A DNA stretch of 22,378 nucleotides from NCBI GenBank assembly GCA_041640575.1, contig JBEPZZ010000030.1, forward strand, positions 1-22,378, in the 5' to 3' direction. The stretch comes from Pseudothermotoga sp. (GTDB lineage: Bacteria > Thermotogota > Thermotogae > Thermotogales > DSM-5069). Positions 17,543 to 22,378 of this stretch are shown here, piece by piece; positions within the stretch are counted from its first letter, which is position 1; every line of letters begins with the position of its first letter. The notes under the pieces were generated by a model that did no database searches, was not told the DNA's origin, and saw only the letters and a list, made by a program, of their open reading frames with translations. A program made the translations under genes and the position numbers.

Positions 17543-19354
17543 GTGATTCTGAGAGTCAACTTAAGCAACAGAAAAGTATTGCCAGAAGCTATTGATGATG
17601 AAATGCTTAAGATGTTCATAGGGGGAAGGGGATTAGCCGCAAAAATATTGTGGGATGAAGCAAAACATGTTGATCCATTATCACCAGATAACAAGTTAAT
17701 CATTGCCACGGGTCCGTTTAATGGTCTGCGTACTCCAAGTGGTGGGAAGCTGGTAATAGCGGCAAAGAGCCCTCTTACCTATGGTTATGGGGATGGAAAC
17801 ATAGGAACAATGGCTTCGGTTCATTTGAGGAAAGCTGGATACATGGCTCTGGTGATTGAGGGAGCGTCGGACAAACCTGTTTACCTTTACATTGAGAACG
17901 ATAACGTGAGCATACTTAGTGCAGAAGGTCTCTGGGGTCTTGATACTTTTGAAACTGAGAAGAGACTTAAGCAAATTCATGGAGAAAATGTTGGTGTACT
18001 ATCAATAGGTCCTGCTGGTGAGAACCTTGTCCGATTCGCAGTTATAATCTCTCAACAAGGAAGATCTGGTGGAAGGCCAGGAATGGGAGCTGTTATGGGT
18101 AGCAAGAAGCTTAAAGCAATAGTTATCAAGGGTACGAAGGAAATCCCAGTGGCCGACAAAGCTGCGTTTGATGAGTATACTAAGGAAGCCTTCATCCAAA
18201 TTCCAAAGCTTCCAGGTTATGAATTTTGGATGAGACAAGGTACAATGGCAACTATTGAATGGGCTAACAAGAATAAAGCCTTACCGGTTCGGAATTTTCT
18301 ACAAAGTAAGTTTGAGTATTACAGAACTGTTGATGGTTACGCAATGGAGGCAATGAAGGTTACAAAGCGAGGTTGCCCAAATTGCAACATGATTTGTGGA
18401 AATGTCGTGCTTGATAAAGAAGGTAAGGAAAGTGAACTGGACTACGAAAACGTCGGCATGCTTGGCCCTAACATAGGTTTACCGTTCCTTAACAGAGTAG
18501 CCGTAATCAATAGGCTGGCTGACCAATATGGAATGGATACCATTTCCTTAGGAGTTGTTCTTGGTTTTGCCATGGAAGCTTGCGAAAAAGGATATATAAA
18601 AGATGCACCAAAATTTGGAGATTACGAAAAAACAATTGACTTGGTAACAAGAATTGCTTACAGAAAGGATGAATTTGCAAGTTTACTTGCAGATGGCGTG
18701 AAAGCCGCATCCGAAAAGATGAATCTACAAGATCTAGCAGTACACGTAAAGGGCTTGGAGGTATCGGCATACAACTGCTATATGTATCCTGCAATGGCGC
18801 TTGCCTATGGCACAGCATGCATAGGGGCTCATCACAAAGAGGCATGGGTTATAGCCTGGGAAATTGGTTCATCGCCCTTGGAAGAATCGACTGAGACGAA
18901 GTATGAGATGAACTATTCACCCGAGAAGGCCGCGAAAGTTATTCAGCAGCAGAGAATCAGAGGTGGATTGTTTGAAATGTTCACTGCCTGTCGGTTACCT
19001 TGGGTTGAACTGGGGCTAGACCTAGAGTGGTATGCAAAGATCCTAAATGCAATAACTGGATGGAATTATTCATTAGACGATATATACCGTGCTGCTGACC
19101 GGGTTTACTCTTTGATAAGATGCTATTGGGTCAGGGAGTACAAAGGTTATTGGGATAGAAAAATGGATTATCCACCGGAAAGATGGTTCACTCTCGATGT
19201 GGACGGAAAAAAGCTTGACAAACTGGAATATGATAATTTATTGAGTGAATATTACAGATTGAGAGGTTGGAACGAAAGAGGAATTCCGACAAAAACAACT
19301 CTTGAATCGCAGAAACTTGATTTTGTGTTGCCGGAAATGGATAAATTTATCTGA
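17543..19354 (+). CDS. Tungsten-containing aldehyde:ferredoxin oxidoreductase family protein, FOR (formaldehyde:ferredoxin oxidoreductase)-like
   Basis: [41 protein letters not shown], Fe-S motif [10 protein letters not shown]...[44 protein letters not shown] start with SD AGGAGG. Confidence 0.95.
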   Translation: MILRVNLSNRKVLPEAIDDEMLKMFIGGRGLAAKILWDEAKHVDPLSPDNKLIIATGPFNGLRTPSGGKLVIAAKSPLTYGYGDGNIGTMASVHLRKAGYMALVIEGASDKPVYLYIENDNVSILSAEGLWGLDTFETEKRLKQIHGENVGVLSIGPAGENLVRFAVIISQQGRSGGRPGMGAVMGSKKLKAIVIKGTKEIPVADKAAFDEYTKEAFIQIPKLPGYEFWMRQGTMATIEWANKNKALPVRNFLQSKFEYYRTVDGYAMEAMKVTKRGCPNCNMICGNVVLDKEGKESELDYENVGMLGPNIGLPFLNRVAVINRLADQYGMDTISLGVVLGFAMEACEKGYIKDAPKFGDYEKTIDLVTRIAYRKDEFASLLADGVKAASEKMNLQDLAVHVKGLEVSAYNCYMYPAMALAYGTACIGAHHKEAWVIAWEIGSSPLEESTETKYEMNYSPEKAAKVIQQQRIRGGLFEMFTACRLPWVELGLDLEWYAKILNAITGWNYSLDDIYRAADRVYSLIRCYWVREYKGYWDRKMDYPPERWFTLDVDGKKLDKLEYDNLLSEYYRLRGWNERGIPTKTTLESQKLDFVLPEMDKFI

Positions 19355-19423
19355 ATTTTCAAGGAAGAAACATAAGCTTAACCTTGAAAGGCTTTGATTA
19401 GTGTATCTTTTTATTGCTAATCC

Positions 19424-19452
19424 TTGACATTGATTTGTGTCTCGCGTATAAT
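19424..19452 (+). promoter_or_regulatory. Consensus sigma70 promoter of the tRNA-rpmG-secE-nusG-rplKA operon
   Basis: TTGACA (19424-19429), exactly 17 nt, TATAAT (19447-19452), 14 nt before tRNA-Thr. Confidence 0.92.
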
Positions 19453-19466
19453 TTTTGAGGTTGCGG

Positions 19467-19542
19467 GCCAGCGTAGCTCAAACGGCAGAGCGGCTGACTT
19501 GTAATCAGCAGGTTGGGGGTTCGAGTCCCTTCGCTGGCTCCA
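19467..19542 (+). tRNA. tRNA-Thr(TGT)
   Basis: Acceptor GCCAGCG/CGCTGGC, anticodon arm GCTGA-CTTGTAA-TCAGC, TTCGAGT T loop, encoded CCA. 76 nt. Confidence 0.97.
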
Positions 19543-19552
19543 ATGTTAAAAC

Positions 19553-19639
19553 GGTGAGGTGCCCGAGCGGCCAAAGGGGGCGGACTGTAAATCCGCTGGC
19601 GGAACGCCTACGGAGGTTCAAATCCTCCCCTCACCACCA
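19553..19639 (+). tRNA. tRNA-Tyr(GTA)
   Basis: Acceptor GGTGAGG/CCTCACC, anticodon arm GCGGA-CTGTAAA-TCCGC, long variable arm GGCG-GAA-CGCC, TTCAAAT T loop, CCA. Confidence 0.97.
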
Positions 19640-19656
19640 GCAAAGAGGTGTTATTT

Positions 19657-19803
19657 GTGAGGATGAAAATAGCTTTAAAATGCACTGAGTGTGGAACAAA
19701 AAACTACTATACAGACAAGAACAAGAATGCAAAGGAAAAACTTAGTCTCAGAAAATACTGTCCATCTTGTAATAAGCACACAGTCCACACTGAGACAAAA
19801 TAA
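19657..19803 (+). CDS. rpmG: 50S ribosomal protein L33 (zinc-ribbon type); absent from the ORF track
   Basis: Manual translation [51 protein letters not shown] start with SD GAGGTG. Canonical position before tRNA-Trp and secE. Confidence 0.97.
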   Translation: MRMKIALKCTECGTKNYYTDKNKNAKEKLSLRKYCPSCNKHTVHTETK

Positions 19804-19808
19804 CCCGC

Positions 19809-19885
19809 AGGGCCGTAGCTCAATTGGGTAGAGCACCGGTCTCCAAAATCGGGGGTTGCGGGTTCGAGTCCTGCCGGCCCTGCCA
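19809..19885 (+). tRNA. tRNA-Trp(CCA)
   Basis: Acceptor AGGGCCG/CGGCCCT, anticodon arm CCGGT-CTCCAAA-ATCGG, TTCGAGT T loop, G discriminator plus CCA. Confidence 0.96.
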
Positions 19886-19914
19886 ACTCCTTCTGACAGT
19901 GGAGGGAATAAACG

Positions 19915-20112
19915 ATGGAGAAAATCAAGAAGTTCTTACGCGAAGTATTTTCGGAAGCAAAGAAAACGAAATGGCCAACAAGGAAGGAATTAATTACCTC
20001 AACATCAGTGGTGTTGGTTATTCTCCTTGTAATGGGCGTATATTTTTTTGCTCTTGATTTGTTACTCTCTGGAGCTATAAGAGCTCTTCTTACAGCACTT
20101 GGTATAAGGTGA
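19915..20112 (+). CDS. secE: Preprotein translocase subunit SecE
   Basis: FLREVFSEAKKTKWPTRKEL followed by one TM helix. Located between tRNA-Trp and nusG. Confidence 0.97.
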   Translation: MEKIKKFLREVFSEAKKTKWPTRKELITSTSVVLVILLVMGVYFFALDLLLSGAIRALLTALGIR

Positions 20113-20118
20113 TTGCCT

Positions 20119-21183
20119 GTGAAGAAAAAATGGTATATATTGAGGACGATGGCCGGACTTGAACAAGCAGCAAAAGAGAATTTGGAAACGAAGATTCGTT
20201 CGGCAAATGCTACACGCTTATTTGGTAGGATTCTTATTCCGGAAGAGATTGTTATCGATGCATCTTCGAAATCTATCAAGCGAATTCCTGTGTCTCTCAA
20301 TGCTAAGCTTTACGTTAAAAATGGTTCAGATGTCAACAAAGGTGATTTGATTGCTGAGGAGCCTGCAATTCACGCAAGGCATAGTGGAAAGATTCTCACT
20401 GTAAGAAACTATAGGAAGGTTGTTGTAGAAACTATAGACAGAAAATATTCAAAAACTTACTTTCTTCCAGAAGGTTCAAGACTTGAGAGTGGCATCAAAG
20501 TTGGAGCGAGAATTCGCCAAGGAATGCCATTGACGAAGGACTTGGAAATCATCTCTGAGATTGATGGAAAAGTTGTTGAGAATGAACGCGTCAAAAGGGT
20601 TGAAATAATTCAAGATAACGGTGAATTGGATGTCTATCACATTCCAATTCAAGTTTTTGACAGCTCGAGGATTCAAAAAGATAGACAAGTTCGAAATGGT
20701 GAATTGCTTAGCGAAGGTAGGAAAATCATAGCACCTTTGAGCGGCAGAGTGGAAATAGCCGATCTTGGTACGAGAAGAGAGATAAGAATTGCCAAAACAC
20801 AGAGGCGAAGGTTATTTCCAGGATACATTTTTGTTGAAATGATGATGAACGATGAAACGTGGCAGTTTGCAAGATCGGTGCCCAACGTCATAGATTTCGT
20901 TGCATCAGGTGGCCAACCCCTAGAACTTAGGCCACGCGAGGTTCGTGCTGTACTAAGGCTAGCTGGATTGGAAACATACGAAGAGCGTTTAAAACCGACC
21001 AAAGTTGAGCTTGACTTCCGGGTTGGAGATGTTGTGAAAATAATTTCTGGTCCTTTTGAAGATTTCGCTGGAGTAGTAAGAGAAGTTGATGCTGAAAAAC
21101 AAGAGTTAAAGGTTACTGTGACTATATTCGGAAGGGAAACACCAGTCGTAGTCAAAACTTCAGAGGTTGAAAAAATAACATGA
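20119..21183 (+). CDS. nusG: Transcription termination/antitermination factor NusG, Thermotoga-type with a large insertion
   Basis: KKKWYIL..AGLE, LFPGYIFVEM, KOW domain FRVGDVVKIISGPFEDFAG..VTIFGRETPV. GTG 20119 lies 6 nt after AAGGTGA (alternative TTG 20113). Confidence 0.97.
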   Translation: MKKKWYILRTMAGLEQAAKENLETKIRSANATRLFGRILIPEEIVIDASSKSIKRIPVSLNAKLYVKNGSDVNKGDLIAEEPAIHARHSGKILTVRNYRKVVVETIDRKYSKTYFLPEGSRLESGIKVGARIRQGMPLTKDLEIISEIDGKVVENERVKRVEIIQDNGELDVYHIPIQVFDSSRIQKDRQVRNGELLSEGRKIIAPLSGRVEIADLGTRREIRIAKTQRRRLFPGYIFVEMMMNDETWQFARSVPNVIDFVASGGQPLELRPREVRAVLRLAGLETYEERLKPTKVELDFRVGDVVKIISGPFEDFAGVVREVDAEKQELKVTVTIFGRETPVVVKTSEVEKIT

Positions 21184-21207
21184 GTGGGAGGGAGAGTCCC
21201 ATACCAC
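21184..21207 (+). promoter_or_regulatory. Putative ribosomal protein L1-binding leader of rplK-rplA
   Basis: GTGG-GAG-GGA-gag-TCC-CATA-CCAC forms two helices around an asymmetric internal loop, just upstream of the rplK SD. Matches the known L1 autoregulatory site pattern. Confidence 0.7.
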
Positions 21208-21225
21208 ACAGGGAGGTATTAAACA

Positions 21226-21651
21226 ATGGCAAAGAAAGTTGTCGCTGAGGTAAAGCTACAATTGCCTGCTGGAAAGGCAACACCAGCACCTCCAGTAGGA
21301 CCAGCACTTGGTCAGCGTGGAGTCAATATAATGGAATTTTGTAAACGTTTCAATGCCGAGACGGCCGATAAAGTTGGTATGATTCTGCCGGTCATAGTAA
21401 CAGTTTATGAGGATCGCTCATTCAGCTTTGTTGTTAAGACACCACCGGCATCATTCTTGCTCAGGAAGGCGGCTGGCATTGAAAAGGGCTCTGGTGAAAC
21501 CAAGAGAAAAATGGTCGGTAAAGTTACCAAGAAACAAGTAGAGGAAATAGCTAGAATAAAAATGCCGGACTTAACGGCAAATGATTTGAACGCAGCAATG
21601 AAGATAATTGAGGGTACCGCAAAAAGCATGGGAATAGAAGTCGTTGAATAA
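21226..21651 (+). CDS. rplK: 50S ribosomal protein L11
   Basis: [56 protein letters not shown]. Confidence 0.99.
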   Translation: MAKKVVAEVKLQLPAGKATPAPPVGPALGQRGVNIMEFCKRFNAETADKVGMILPVIVTVYEDRSFSFVVKTPPASFLLRKAAGIEKGSGETKRKMVGKVTKKQVEEIARIKMPDLTANDLNAAMKIIEGTAKSMGIEVVE

Positions 21652-21674
21652 CATTTTTGAGAGGAGGAGGCACG

Positions 21675-22378
21675 ATGCCGAAGCACTCCAAGAGATATGA
21701 GGAAATAAGAAAAAAGGTTGATAGAACTAAGCTTTACAAGTTGGATGAAGCAATAAAGCTTACCAAAGAAACAGCAACAGCTAAATTTGATGAGACCATA
21801 GAGCTTCATTTGGTTACTGGAATAGACACTAAGAAAACAGAACAGCAAATTCGTGGTACAGTAACTTTGCCTCATGGTACAGGGAAGTCAGTTAGAGTCT
21901 TGGTTTTTGCCAAGGGAGACAAAGCTGAGGAAGCAAGAAAAGCAGGAGCAGATTACGTTGGTGCCGAAGATTTAGTAGAAAAGATTGCGAACGAGAATTT
22001 TACGGACTTTGATGTCGCAATTGCTACTCCCGATATGATGAAAATCATAGGTAAGCTTGGTAAAATCCTTGGACCAAGAGGTTTGATGCCATCTCCAAAA
22101 TCAGGGACGGTGACAACTGATATAGAGACAACTGTCAAAGAATTCAAGGCTGGAAGAATAGAAGTCAGAAATGATAAGACCGGTTGTTTGCATCTACCTG
22201 TTGGTAAGAGGTCTTTTGACGATACGAAGCTGAAAGAAAACATATTGTCGGCATATTCACAAATTTTACTCATGAGGCCATCTGGTGTTAAAGGGCAGTT
22301 CATAAGAAAAGCCACGCTTTCTTCAACGATGGGGGTAGGAATAAAAGTTGACTTAGCTGATCTTGCCTCAACGACCAA
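21675..22378 (+). CDS. rplA: 50S ribosomal protein L1, 3'-partial (stop just beyond the window); absent from the ORF track
   Basis: Manual translation [91 protein letters not shown]. Confidence 0.98.
   Translation, partial: MPKHSKRYEEIRKKVDRTKLYKLDEAIKLTKETATAKFDETIELHLVTGIDTKKTEQQIRGTVTLPHGTGKSVRVLVFAKGDKAEEARKAGADYVGAEDLVEKIANENFTDFDVAIATPDMMKIIGKLGKILGPRGLMPSPKSGTVTTDIETTVKEFKAGRIEVRNDKTGCLHLPVGKRSFDDTKLKENILSAYSQILLMRPSGVKGQFIRKATLSSTMGVGIKVDLADLASTT

Noticed and set aside
19215..19240. TTGACA followed by TATGAT/GATAAT inside the oxidoreductase gene
   Set aside because: Spacing of 8-11 nt is incompatible with a sigma70 promoter.
16860..19640. tRNA-anchored genomic island carrying the oxidoreductase
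   Set aside because: The genes lie upstream of the tRNA promoter rather than at a tRNA 3' end. No integrase, transposase or duplicated tRNA end (att site) is visible.
19640..19660. Absence of tuf and further tRNAs between tRNA-Tyr and rpmG
   Set aside because: Many bacteria lack tuf at this locus, and there is no remnant or scar suggesting anything unusual.
19455..20057. Plus-strand ORFs 19455-19688 and 19824-20057
   Set aside because: They read through tRNA genes and overlap rpmG or secE out of frame.
19707..20300. 197-aa minus-strand ORF
   Set aside because: Antisense shadow over rpmG, tRNA-Trp, secE and nusG, with no recognisable motifs.
20673..22378. Long minus-strand ORFs (20673-21209, 21405-21875, 21953-22378)
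   Set aside because: Antisense shadows of nusG, rplK and rplA. The real gene at the right end is rplA on the + strand.
1..22378. CRISPR arrays, IS elements, prophage or defence genes
   Set aside because: No regularly spaced repeats, terminal inverted repeats, transposase, integrase or phage-like ORFs were seen. Nearly all bases are explained by housekeeping genes.

Overview
A core-genome segment, most likely from a Thermotogae bacterium (long Thermotoga-type NusG, short EF-Ts, Lgt with an extra N-terminal helix). Left to right: a + strand run of priA (5'-truncated by the window edge), glmU, prs, rplY, pth, a UVR/McsA-like gene, lgt, a PPP-family phosphatase and coaD, then tsf; a - strand run of acyP, tmk, an ABC-2 permease, a yfcE-like gene and a NurA-like gene; guaB converging on glyQS; an exported LTxxQ (Spy/CpxP-like) protein; a tungsten aldehyde:ferredoxin oxidoreductase resembling archaeal FOR; and tRNA-Thr, tRNA-Tyr, rpmG, tRNA-Trp, secE, nusG, rplK and rplA (3'-truncated). 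I found no mobile element, CRISPR array or defence island, and cannot support a wholly new multi-gene system. The most notable points are: PriA with destroyed ATPase motifs; pth with no canonical start upstream of its conserved N-terminus (probable AUA overlapping the rplY stop); a possible AUU start for the yfcE-like gene; a perfect 14-bp inverted repeat built from the identical last codons of guaB and glyS; a Thermococcales-like FOR; and a NurA-like nuclease coupled to a phosphoesterase. All family assignments come from motif recognition, not database searches.
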